DNA of 49,168 nucleotides from a virus. Lineage: Duplodnaviria; Heunggongvirae; Uroviricota; Caudoviricetes. The notes below the pieces were generated by a model. That model ran no database searches. It saw only the letters and a program-made list of their open reading frames with translations, and was not told the DNA's origin. Where the stretch lies: IMG/VR virus record IMGVR_UViG_2565956718_000004; one strand, written 5' to 3'. A program made the translations under genes and the position numbers. Below are positions 19,920 through 27,525 of this stretch, piece by piece; the stretch's first letter is position 1; each line of letters starts with the position of its first letter.

Positions 19920-20080
19920 CATTTTTCCCGGCGTCTCATGCCGCAAATGTTAACTGCTGCCTGGTTAACATTTGCTGAAAAAGCCTGTTAACATTTTTTC
20001 CGCACAACAAACTGAATAATAAAGATAAAAACCGCAAAAATGCCCGGGCAGCCAGTTAACATGTTAACTGCCCTGAAACG
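19920..20080. other. putative cos / terminase recognition region with clustered GTTAAC palindromes
   Basis: Five GTTAAC cores within 150 bp, including the perfect 18-bp palindrome CAGTTAACATGTTAACTG; lies between the HNH and terS genes. Confidence 0.45.
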
Positions 20081-20161
20081 GGAATTTTTTCTCTGCGTGA
20101 GAGGGGGCGCGGTGTCCAAAGCGATCGTTTTTTACGCCGGATGATACCCCCCCGGGTTGGG

Positions 20162-20527
20162 TTACAGTCCGATGATGTCGTCCTCTCTGCCACTACCTCC
20201 GGACACCTCCGGCAGCGTCGGGTCCGGCATACCACTCGCCGCTTCACGAGCAGACTTTTGTCGATGGCATTCGGCACAGAGCGTCCAAAGATTCGTCTCC
20301 TCATTACCACCACCGAACTGAAGTGCAATTCGGTGATCGAGTTCACTGTCACAGAGGTCAACCACACGACCACAGATACAGCACTGCCCGGCGTCCCTCA
20401 GCCAGATATGACGCTTGAGGGAAACACGTGCACTGCCACTGACACGACGCTGCTCCCCCTTCAGAATATTCACCCGTCGGGTATTCAGTGTTTTGATTCT
20501 GCTCTGGAGTGTACGAAGCTCAGCCAT
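20162..20527 (-). CDS. HNH endonuclease
   Basis: 121-aa ORF with CxxC...H..H...CxxCH zinc-finger/HNH motifs, adjacent to the terminase genes. Confidence 0.85.
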   Translation of the reverse strand: MAELRTLQSRIKTLNTRRVNILKGEQRRVSGSARVSLKRHIWLRDAGQCCICGRVVDLCDSELDHRIALQFGGGNEETNLWTLCAECHRQKSAREAASGMPDPTLPEVSGGSGREDDIIGL

Positions 20528-20568
20528 GTAAAATCCCCGTCATATGGCAATCAGTAAAGGAAATAAAT

Positions 20569-20769
20569 ATGTCATCGAAAAACCGGACCCGCAGAACCAC
20601 AACCCGCAATATCCGTTTCCCCAATCACATAATTGAACAGATCAACATCGCCCTTGAGCATAAAGGGTCCGGTAACTTTTCAGCGTGGGTTATTGAAGCC
20701 TGCAGGAGAAGGCTGGCAACAGATGCAACGCATCTGCGCCCGGCCAGCATGACAAATAACGAGAAATGA
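20569..20769 (+). CDS. ribbon-helix-helix (Arc/CopG-like) DNA-binding protein
   Basis: 66-aa ORF from ATG at 20569 with RBS AAAGG; basic N-terminal strand then helices. Confidence 0.5.
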   Translation: MSSKNRTRRTTTRNIRFPNHIIEQINIALEHKGSGNFSAWVIEACRRRLATDATHLRPASMTNNEK

Positions 20770-20967
20770 ACGTTCGGTTTCTTCCACCATCGCACCGGAC
20801 AGGCGACTATGAGGGGACAACGCCGCGCTCCGTTAACGCGGTAAACCCCGGTGTGTATCGTTTTTGATTATCCCCGCACACTCGCGCAGAGGAGTCTCCC
20901 TGTCGGGCTGCGGTCTCTGTTAATGCAGGAATACGGCGACAATACCGCGCATGGATAATAAGGTCGC

Positions 20968-21192
20968 TCAACACACTGGTTGTAATGCAGCGGATACCAT
21001 GCGGCATTTAGCGGCATTCATCGTACACTCCACGGTTAGCTCTTCATTCGTGGCATTCACCTGAAAGGTCCGGGAGTGTAATTGCGTACATTTACCACTG
21101 AACGAACCTTCAACAAGAACACGACCACGCTGCAAAATACGGAACGGAATTGTTCCCTGAAAAGGTTCTACGGTTACCCGTAATTTCTTCAT
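20968..21192 (-). CDS. hypothetical protein translationally coupled to Rz
   Basis: 74-aa ORF; its ATG overlaps the Rz stop (ATGA) and is preceded by RBS GGAGGA. Confidence 0.5.
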   Translation of the reverse strand: MKKLRVTVEPFQGTIPFRILQRGRVLVEGSFSGKCTQLHSRTFQVNATNEELTVECTMNAAKCRMVSAALQPVC

Positions 21193-21683
21193 GTATCCTC
21201 CGGATAATAAAAAGCCAGCTTAGTGCACTGAGTGCGGATATATTCCTGCGCCCCTTCCAGCTGCTTCTGCATTGTCATCAACCGTTCTCTGAGGATGAAA
21301 TAATCCCGTTCAGCGGTGTCTGCCAGTCGGGGGCCGGTTGCATTATCCACGCCGGAGGTGCCGGTGGCTTCACGCACGGTACCGGAGCAGGTGGCGTTGA
21401 TCCGCAGGCGCTTACGACCAGCGGCAACATCAGCACGCAGAGTTTCATTTTCAGCTCTCGCATCGGCTAATTCCCTCGAGTATCTGGCATCAAGTTCAGC
21501 GACATCACGCTGGCGTATCTGCATATCAGTAATTGTCGCGTTCGCCAGTTTCAGCTCACTGACTTTTTTATCGCGCTGCGCTTTGTAGGTGATGGCGTTA
21601 TCGCGGTAATGATTCAGCCCCAGACTAAGCACACCACAGGCTACCAGCAGGACAATAATCACCACACACAGAACACGGTTCAT
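21189..21683 (-). CDS. Rz: i-spanin Rz
   Basis: Start at [10 protein letters not shown]; N-terminal TM then coiled-coil ([15 protein letters not shown]...) matching lambda Rz. Confidence 0.9.
   Translation of the reverse strand: MNRVLCVVIIVLLVACGVLSLGLNHYRDNAITYKAQRDKKVSELKLANATITDMQIRQRDVAELDARYSRELADARAENETLRADVAAGRKRLRINATCSGTVREATGTSGVDNATGPRLADTAERDYFILRERLMTMQKQLEGAQEYIRTQCTKLAFYYPEDT
21278..21463 (-). CDS. Rz1: o-spanin Rz1 lipoprotein (embedded in Rz, +1 frame)
   Basis: 61-aa ORF with lipobox LVVSAC and proline-rich [25 protein letters not shown] matching lambda Rz1. Confidence 0.8.
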   Translation of the reverse strand: MRELKMKLCVLMLPLVVSACGSTPPAPVPCVKPPAPPAWIMQPAPDWQTPLNGIISSSENG

Positions 21684-21901
21684 ATCACCACCAACGGATT
21701 GCCCAGACCAGAACAGCAATGGCCACAATACGAATGGCAAATGCCATTGCCCGAATAAGTTCAGCACTCATCTTTTTAAAGTTCACGATTTCAGCGCAAT
21801 GACCAGTTTTGCCAGCCCATACAGCATCGGAGACACAGCAATACCAACAGCCACCCACTTAATAGCAAAAGCCAGCGCTCTGCTGATGTCATCAGTCACT
21901 G

Positions 21902-22033
21902 TCACCCCAGCAGCCCCGACGAAGACAACATCACCCAGGCGAGGGACAGAAAAAGAGCAACCAGCATTAGTGAAAATGAAATACCGACAATCACACACAG
22001 GACCTTTGCCGGCGTTATGAGTTTGTCTGACAT
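21902..22033 (-). CDS. small hydrophobic membrane peptide (43 aa)
   Basis: ATG at 22033-22031 with RBS AAGGGG 6 nt upstream; MSDKLITPAKVLCVIVGISFSLMLVALFLSLAWVMLSSSGLLG; below the track's 60-aa cutoff. Confidence 0.4.
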   Translation of the reverse strand: MSDKLITPAKVLCVIVGISFSLMLVALFLSLAWVMLSSSGLLG

Positions 22034-22202
22034 AGCTACCCCTTAATTGCCACAATTAACTGGGATACTACCCATAAAAAAGGGATGCTCCAGACCAGCA
22101 AAAATTTCCAGTTTGGTAATTGACTAATCATGAGTCGCAACTCCCTAATCAGTTTGCTAAAATCAATCAAGGCAGCCTCCCATAGCTTACTGCCATAAAA
22201 AC

Positions 22203-22240
22203 AAAACCCCGCTTGCTGCCAACAAACGGGGTTTTTACTT
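22203..22240. terminator. hairpin terminator between endolysin and the small ORF block
   Basis: AAACCCCG / CGGGGTTT stem with 15-nt loop, T-runs on both strands. Confidence 0.45.
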
Positions 22241-22325
22241 TTATTCACTTACATTTTGCCAGTTCGCAGGATTTCGTGTTATCCGTCCGCCTTGGCCAAC
22301 GTCATTTATTAGCAAAATATTCTGC

Positions 22326-22859
22326 TTATCTGTCGATTCCCCAGCACGCCAGCGCGCTCTCCTGGTCACGACGGGATACCTGACCGTAACAGTTATTTGA
22401 GCGAATACGGCAGTCCCTGCCACCGTCCTTAATCCACCAGCGAATCGCCTCACACGCTCCCCTGCGATCACCTGCATTAATTCGTTTATAAAACGTCGAC
22501 GGAAAACACTTACCGGGGCCAATGTTGTACGGACAGAATGACGCGATCCCCGCTTTCTGGGGTTCACTCAATGGCACTCTGATGTTTTTCTCCACCCATG
22601 CCAGCGCCTTATCACGCTCAATGGCGTTAACCCGGTCGCATTTTTCCTTCGACAACTTCATGCCCGGAACGACAGGTTTGCCATCCACCAGGATGGCACC
22701 GCGGCAGATGGTCCAGATACCCGCGCCATCACGGTATGCCGTGGTGTGGTTACCTTCCTTTTCATCCAGAAACTGGTCGAGAATGTCAGGCGCAGGCGCA
22801 CCAGCGGCAATCAGCGCCAGAACGGCAGCCGACAGGCCGTATCTGATTTTTGCGTTCAT
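22326..22859 (-). CDS. R: SAR endolysin (lysozyme, phage-21 R-like)
   Basis: 177-aa ORF; N-terminal signal-anchor-release segment MNAKIRYGLSAAVLALIAAGA then lysozyme-like catalytic region. Confidence 0.9.
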   Translation of the reverse strand: MNAKIRYGLSAAVLALIAAGAPAPDILDQFLDEKEGNHTTAYRDGAGIWTICRGAILVDGKPVVPGMKLSKEKCDRVNAIERDKALAWVEKNIRVPLSEPQKAGIASFCPYNIGPGKCFPSTFYKRINAGDRRGACEAIRWWIKDGGRDCRIRSNNCYGQVSRRDQESALACWGIDR

Positions 22860-22964
22860 GGATATTTATCAGGATTTATCGGTTTCTGAGCCCTGGATAT
22901 GTTTATCAGTTCCAGCCTGTTGCCTCAGGCTGCTAACAGGTCAATACAATCATGAGGATTATTT

Positions 22965-23237
22965 ATGGACAATAACACCATTTCTCTACAGGAGTTGCTC
23001 GACAGCATTTCCAGGCTTCGGGAAGACGTGAATACCCTTACCGTCGCCTTCTCATATCTGGCATTCTCAATTCCAAGGGAACAGATGCAATCAACGCTGG
23101 CATCAATCCAGTTTGAATCATGCAATCCCAAATGGTCTCAGGAACAACAAGACTCTTTCAGGCGGCTTGCTGTATTACTGGATGAAAAATATGCTGGTAA
23201 AATTACCATTTCGGCGGACTCTTCAGAGAACCAGTAA
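22965..23237 (+). CDS. hypothetical protein (plus-strand ORF inside the lysis cassette)
   Basis: 90-aa ORF with RBS GAGGA 6 nt upstream; 3' end overlaps the convergent 114-aa gene by 35 nt. Confidence 0.4.
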   Translation: MDNNTISLQELLDSISRLREDVNTLTVAFSYLAFSIPREQMQSTLASIQFESCNPKWSQEQQDSFRRLAVLLDEKYAGKITISADSSENQ

Positions 23238-23547
23238 TTATTCCCGGTAGTTTTCCTCTGTAGGTTATCAACACATCCTGCGCCTCTAAAATTACGGGGC
23301 GCTTTTCCGGCGACTGCTCATCCCCTTCACATAACCCGGCAGCAACATCCAGGAAGACCTGTCTGATGCTCCTTCTGGCTGCTGCCTCATAAAACTCCAG
23401 CGCGGCACCTTCAACACGGTCCAGCGAGATGTCCAGGTCAAAAATTTCACCGTCAAAGCGTTTTTTGTCCCGTAACGCTAAAGTTACCGTAACTTTATTC
23501 TCAAAATTGCGGATCCCTTTCACAATCAGTTCATAGTTTTGAGTCAT
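23203..23547 (-). CDS. hypothetical protein inserted between holin and endolysin
   Basis: 114-aa ORF starting 5 nt after the holin stop with RBS GGAGAG. Confidence 0.55.
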   Translation of the reverse strand: MTQNYELIVKGIRNFENKVTVTLALRDKKRFDGEIFDLDISLDRVEGAALEFYEAAARRSIRQVFLDVAAGLCEGDEQSPEKRPVILEAQDVLITYRGKLPGIITGSLKSPPKW

Positions 23548-23551
23548 TGAA

Positions 23552-23767
23552 TTACTCTCCCCGTGCCGCCTTACGACGGTCCTCTCTGATTTTGAAATAC
23601 AGGTTAGTCAGATATGTCAGCAGCCCAAACAGCAGACTCCCCAGCACGCCTATTGCCGCCCACTGAGACGGGGAAACCCTGTCCAGCAACTGCAGGAACC
23701 AGTAGCCCGTTCCCACCGCTGACGTGGTGTATGACACACCTGTTGTGATTTTTTCCATCTGGTACAT
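23552..23767 (-). CDS. S: pinholin S (phage 21 S21-like)
   Basis: 71-aa product from [10 protein letters not shown] (two Met starts 3 codons apart, as in S21); C-terminus ...[22 protein letters not shown] matches S21 from memory. Confidence 0.85.
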   Translation of the reverse strand: MYQMEKITTGVSYTTSAVGTGYWFLQLLDRVSPSQWAAIGVLGSLLFGLLTYLTNLYFKIREDRRKAARGE

Positions 23768-23917
23768 ACCCCGTCTCCCGTTATCCGGAAGCTGACAACA
23801 ATAAAAAAAGCCACCAGTTAAGTACTGATGGCTCTGATAACTCATGCAGGCATCTCAGACGACCCACTGACACTACCGGTGAGTTTAACGATACCTTCCA
23901 TTTGACTGGCTCACTTT

Positions 23918-25789
23918 TTATGATGATGCCGGTGCATTTATCTCCAGCACCAGGCTGCCGATATCGACGCCATACGCTGCATTTTTGGTAATATCCGTCA
24001 GCGTCAGCGCATTCAGCCCCAGTGTCAGACTGTCTTTTATGACCTGGAATGCCGGGCCAGCCACTCCATTCAGTTTCGGAGTAACCGTGGCACTGCCGGC
24101 GGTGAACACCAGCTCCAGCGTCTGCCAGTCGTTACTGTAATTCCCGAACTCGCCCAACTTTGTGTTTCCGGCTTTCTTGTGATGCATCAGATTCAGTTTG
24201 CCGTCTGTGGTCTGGGTGAAGAACGACATCAGGAACGGGTTACCAGTCCCGGTCATCGCCACGACGTCAGGTAACGCTACATCGGTATACAGATAAATTC
24301 CCAGACCGAACTGGTTGTTGGTCAGTGCGCCTGACAGTCGAAACTTACAGCTCAGTCTGCCACCCCGTGTCAGCAGGGAGACTGCGTCATCCACCGGATG
24401 CATCAGGGACCAGGTTTTATTGCTCTGCTTGGTAACCTTAAACACACCATCTTCCAGCGCAACACTGCCGCCGGTGATGGTCCAGCCCTGCGCAGCAGCC
24501 TCTCCGGCTGTCGGCAGCAGGGAGACTGTACGAACGGATGTGTCACCATCAGACGGCCCCGATGGCGTGTCGCCGCCGGGCGAGGGTTTAATCTCCGGTG
24601 CGGTACCGCTGATGAAGGCGCTGGTTCGACCAACTGCGTTCAGAATAGCGGTTGCCAGGCGATCCGAAATAATGCCCCTGCGCGCCCATGAACTGAAATG
24701 TGTCGGACGATTTGACGATACCCAATTACCATTACTACGGGATTGCGCGCCGTAATAACCTGCATCAGCAATATCCGGGTCTTCTGCCGGTAAGTTGGTG
24801 GGCGTGTTGTTGCCGTTACCGTCGGTCATGAACGGCACAAAGAAAACGTTGTCGCTCTCCCTGTTTTTGTACGCGCCGTAGACGGAGTCATACTGTGTGC
24901 CGTATGTGTTTTTCCAGTAATACGTCGTGTCGCCACAAATCCACGGTACAACTGCAGCACTGCCGCCATGGCACTGCGCGTTAAATCCGGAAAGGTCAGT
25001 ACGGAACTGCTTCAGCATGGCCGTGAACAGGTCCGGTTGCTGTGCGTAGGTGGCAGCGCTCATGTCAAATTCGCCCTGCATCCAGCACACCGCCAGCAAC
25101 ACATTTTTCGGGTTCTTCTGTAATGCCGCTTTGGTGCGTGCGATCAGGTCCTGATATAACGGTTTACCCACACCCCAGCGTGCCGAATCCTGGCTGGCCC
25201 CCGTGTCCGCACTGAATGTCCCCTCCGCGCCCTGGGTGAATGCCGAACCACCACGACAGCATGGTACCAGCAGGATCCCCGCGTTATTCGGGATATACGG
25301 AAGCAGTTTTTTGGCAATATGTAAGCCCTGGCCGACACAGCCGTACTGCCCTTTGCTCAGGTCTGCCTTCGGATGATTCAGTGCGCTCATATCCTGAACA
25401 TCATGCAGGCAGTGGTCTGCCGGAATGATGTCGTTAAATGCGCATGCTTTACCACCGGGAGTCACTGTGTTGCGACGGGCCAGTTGCTTAATGCGTGGGT
25501 GGGGCGCATCGTAAGAATCCGGAAGCGGAAGCCCTTCACCGTAAGCCATGGCATTGGATTGCCCGGCCAGTACGATGACGTAGTACCACTCCGGCTCAGT
25601 TGCACCACTGACGACCACATCACCTTCTGCTGCAATCGCCTGCATCAGGGTATAAGGGGTTATGGCCACCGGACTACCAAACGGCTGCCAGCCCTCTTTC
25701 AGTTTATGTGTCAGCTTTTCCGCAAGATCTGACGGCGACGCCGCCCTGACAACATCATAGTGTTTAAATGCCATGGTTCTTTCCACCAT
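23918..25789 (-). CDS. prophage sialate O-acetylesterase (NanS-p-like; DUF1737 N-domain, SGNH esterase core, C-terminal lectin-like domain)
   Basis: 623-aa ORF; N-terminus MAFKHYDVVRAASPSDLAEKL...; GQSN esterase motif; upstream of the holin as in Stx-type prophages. Confidence 0.75.
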   Translation of the reverse strand: MVERTMAFKHYDVVRAASPSDLAEKLTHKLKEGWQPFGSPVAITPYTLMQAIAAEGDVVVSGATEPEWYYVIVLAGQSNAMAYGEGLPLPDSYDAPHPRIKQLARRNTVTPGGKACAFNDIIPADHCLHDVQDMSALNHPKADLSKGQYGCVGQGLHIAKKLLPYIPNNAGILLVPCCRGGSAFTQGAEGTFSADTGASQDSARWGVGKPLYQDLIARTKAALQKNPKNVLLAVCWMQGEFDMSAATYAQQPDLFTAMLKQFRTDLSGFNAQCHGGSAAVVPWICGDTTYYWKNTYGTQYDSVYGAYKNRESDNVFFVPFMTDGNGNNTPTNLPAEDPDIADAGYYGAQSRSNGNWVSSNRPTHFSSWARRGIISDRLATAILNAVGRTSAFISGTAPEIKPSPGGDTPSGPSDGDTSVRTVSLLPTAGEAAAQGWTITGGSVALEDGVFKVTKQSNKTWSLMHPVDDAVSLLTRGGRLSCKFRLSGALTNNQFGLGIYLYTDVALPDVVAMTGTGNPFLMSFFTQTTDGKLNLMHHKKAGNTKLGEFGNYSNDWQTLELVFTAGSATVTPKLNGVAGPAFQVIKDSLTLGLNALTLTDITKNAAYGVDIGSLVLEINAPASS

Positions 25790-26034
25790 CTGAAAAATGA
25801 TTCTTTAAAATACCTGACATGTAATACAGAAAAAACACAAAACCATACCTTAAATAAAAACCTCATCATCAAGCAGATATGCATGGATAAACTACAAGAC
25901 GAGATATAAACCACCCTGCATTTAAATAAACAATAAACAACATCAGAAAAATAATTCTGCTCTATGGTTTACAATCAAAAATATCATTTATACTTTTCAG
26001 AACATCACCAGCAAGGCATAAACAAGGAAACTAA

Positions 26035-26370
26035 ATGAAGTGGATTGTGATTGATACAGTTATCCAGCCATCATGCGGAATATCTTTTTCAGTCATATGG
26101 AGTAAAATAAAATTAATAATCTGGTATCAATCGGATGCTTTCTTACCTCCTGAAAGTATATTTACACTGACTCACACAGGCATCATGCTCAATAACAAAG
26201 TGCTACCTGTAACCATTTACAACGTAGTACCATTCAATAAAACATTATGGAATTTAATCAAAAACAGCCAGGAATGCCCTACAAATACAGATAACGTATT
26301 GAATGAATGCTTTAATAACCGTTGCACTCTGCAAATATGTCCTTATGGGCTAAAACAACAAAGTCCATAA
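26035..26370 (+). CDS. hypothetical Cys-containing protein in an AT-rich block (moron candidate)
   Basis: 111-aa ORF with RBS AAGGA 7 nt upstream; low GC relative to flanks; opposite strand to the late operon. Confidence 0.4.
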   Translation: MKWIVIDTVIQPSCGISFSVIWSKIKLIIWYQSDAFLPPESIFTLTHTGIMLNNKVLPVTIYNVVPFNKTLWNLIKNSQECPTNTDNVLNECFNNRCTLQICPYGLKQQSP

Positions 26371-26395
26371 GCAGTTTACTCACATCTGACAAAAT

Positions 26396-26615
26396 CAATA
26401 TAAACAGCCCCTCCGGAGAGGGGCTGGAGAGTGGCGCTATGTGCCATTGCATGGTGCCGGGTGCCTCCCGGTGAATTCAGTACCAGCACCTGAATCCGCG
26501 ATTATCCCATATACCTACTCGCTGATTACCCCTCCGCACAGGGGGATTCACCATGCGAAATTTTTTAACAAACTTCCCGCCGGCCAGACAATAATCGCCA
26601 GCCTGAATTATGAGC
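26396..26615. repeat. structured repeat unit, copy 1 (candidate ncRNA element)
   Basis: Starts with hairpin AGCCCCTC-CGGA-GAGGGGCT; shares conserved blocks with copy 2 while paired stems flank unrelated loops. Confidence 0.6.
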
Positions 26616-26868
26616 AACGTGGCATTTTACGGGAAAACTGTTTTCTGCAGTAAAAAGGCCCGCCGGAGCGAGCCTGGAAGGATAGCGGTCATGTGATGCC
26701 GGTTTCCCGGTAACTCAGCATCGGTATCTGAGTCAACGTTTTCTCTACTGGGTCATTTCCGATACGTTCCGCCTTCCGGCAGACTTTCATCACGTCAGAA
26801 AATATAGCACCCTGAGTAACAGGACAGTACTCAGAATTCAGGAAACTGTGACACATCCTGCACAGAAA

Positions 26869-27083
26869 AGCCCCTCCGGAGAGGGGCTGAAGTATAGCCT
26901 AATTTCTGTCTGTCGCATGGTGCCAGGGGCCTCCCGGTAAATTCAGCCTGTCTACTGAATTTGCATGTTCTCTGGATCATACACTTTGCCAGATGCCCCG
27001 CCGCTGAGGGGGATTCACCATGCGATGTAATTTTTAACAAATTCTCCGGCAGCCAGACAATCATCAAGCTGTGGAATTGTGAG
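26869..27083. repeat. structured repeat unit, copy 2 (candidate ncRNA element)
   Basis: Same block structure as copy 1; on the minus strand the 5' hairpin is followed by TTTTCTGTG, i.e. terminator-like. Confidence 0.6.
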
Positions 27084-27254
27084 GTATTTAAAAATTTCAA
27101 CGGGTAACTGATACCCTGCTAATCGCCTGATGCTTTCTTTTTCAGCAACGGGAAAGCAACAACCACACACCCGCCACCAAAACACCATCAGACAGCACCG
27201 ACATTATCCGGCTGCTGAAGTCCACCATCACCACCAGAAACAACAGGAGTGCAA

Positions 27255-27303
27255 CCACAGCTGCTTAGAAGGCAATTGCTCTGTCCGGCTGAGCTAACAA
27301 CGC
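27255..27303 (-). pseudogene. truncated tRNA-Arg(UCU)-like gene (5' half only)
   Basis: Acceptor 5' strand, D-arm GCTC-AGCCGGACA-GAGC and anticodon arm with loop CTTCTAA are present; no T-arm or 3' acceptor strand follows. Confidence 0.4.
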
Positions 27304-27316
27304 ATGATGCAGATAA

Positions 27317-27393
27317 TGGACCGCCATCGGGGACTTGAACCCCGCGCAGCCAGCTTCGAAGGCTGGCGCTCTATCCCGATGAGCTAATGGCGG
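27317..27393 (-). tRNA. tRNA-Arg (anticodon UCG)
   Basis: 77-nt cloverleaf ending CCA: acceptor CCGCCAT/ATGGCGG, D-arm GCTC..GAGC, anticodon stem CCAGC/GCTGG with loop CTTCGAA, T-arm CGGGG-TTCAAGT-CCCCG. Confidence 0.8.
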
Positions 27394-27400
27394 TATGTGA

Positions 27401-27476
27401 TGGTGGCCCTTGCTGGATTTGAACCAGCGACCTGGCGATTATGAGTCGCTCGCTCTCACCACTGAGCTAAAGGGCC
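27401..27476 (-). tRNA. tRNA-Ile2 (anticodon CAU, lysidine type; ileX/ileZ-like)
   Basis: 76-nt sequence GGCCCTTTAGCTCAGTGGTGAGAGCGAGCGACTCATAATCGCCAGGTCGCTGGTTCAAATCCAGCAAGGGCCACCA, close to E. coli ileX. Confidence 0.85.
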
Positions 27477-27525
27477 GGAAGCAGAATAATAATGGTGCGT
27501 AATTAATTCTGCAATCTCATCCGTT

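Noticed and set aside
20807-21007. 66-aa minus-strand ORF between the RHH gene and the 74-aa gene
   Set aside because: No RBS, and it overlaps the better-supported 74-aa gene start region.
26396-27083. Possible CRISPR array or ERIC element
   Set aside because: Only two copies of a ~215-bp unit 473 bp apart, which is not CRISPR geometry; the match to ERIC is limited to about 10 bp (GGGGATTCAC).
26441-27100. ORFs 26441-26653 (+) and 26831-27100 (-) inside the structured repeat units
   Set aside because: Each overlaps only one copy and the frames are not conserved in the other copy; conservation follows paired stems, not codons.
25790-27240. Shiga toxin genes stxA/stxB at the expected locus
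   Set aside because: No ORF in this interval has the size or sequence character of StxA (~315 aa) or StxB (~89 aa with signal peptide).
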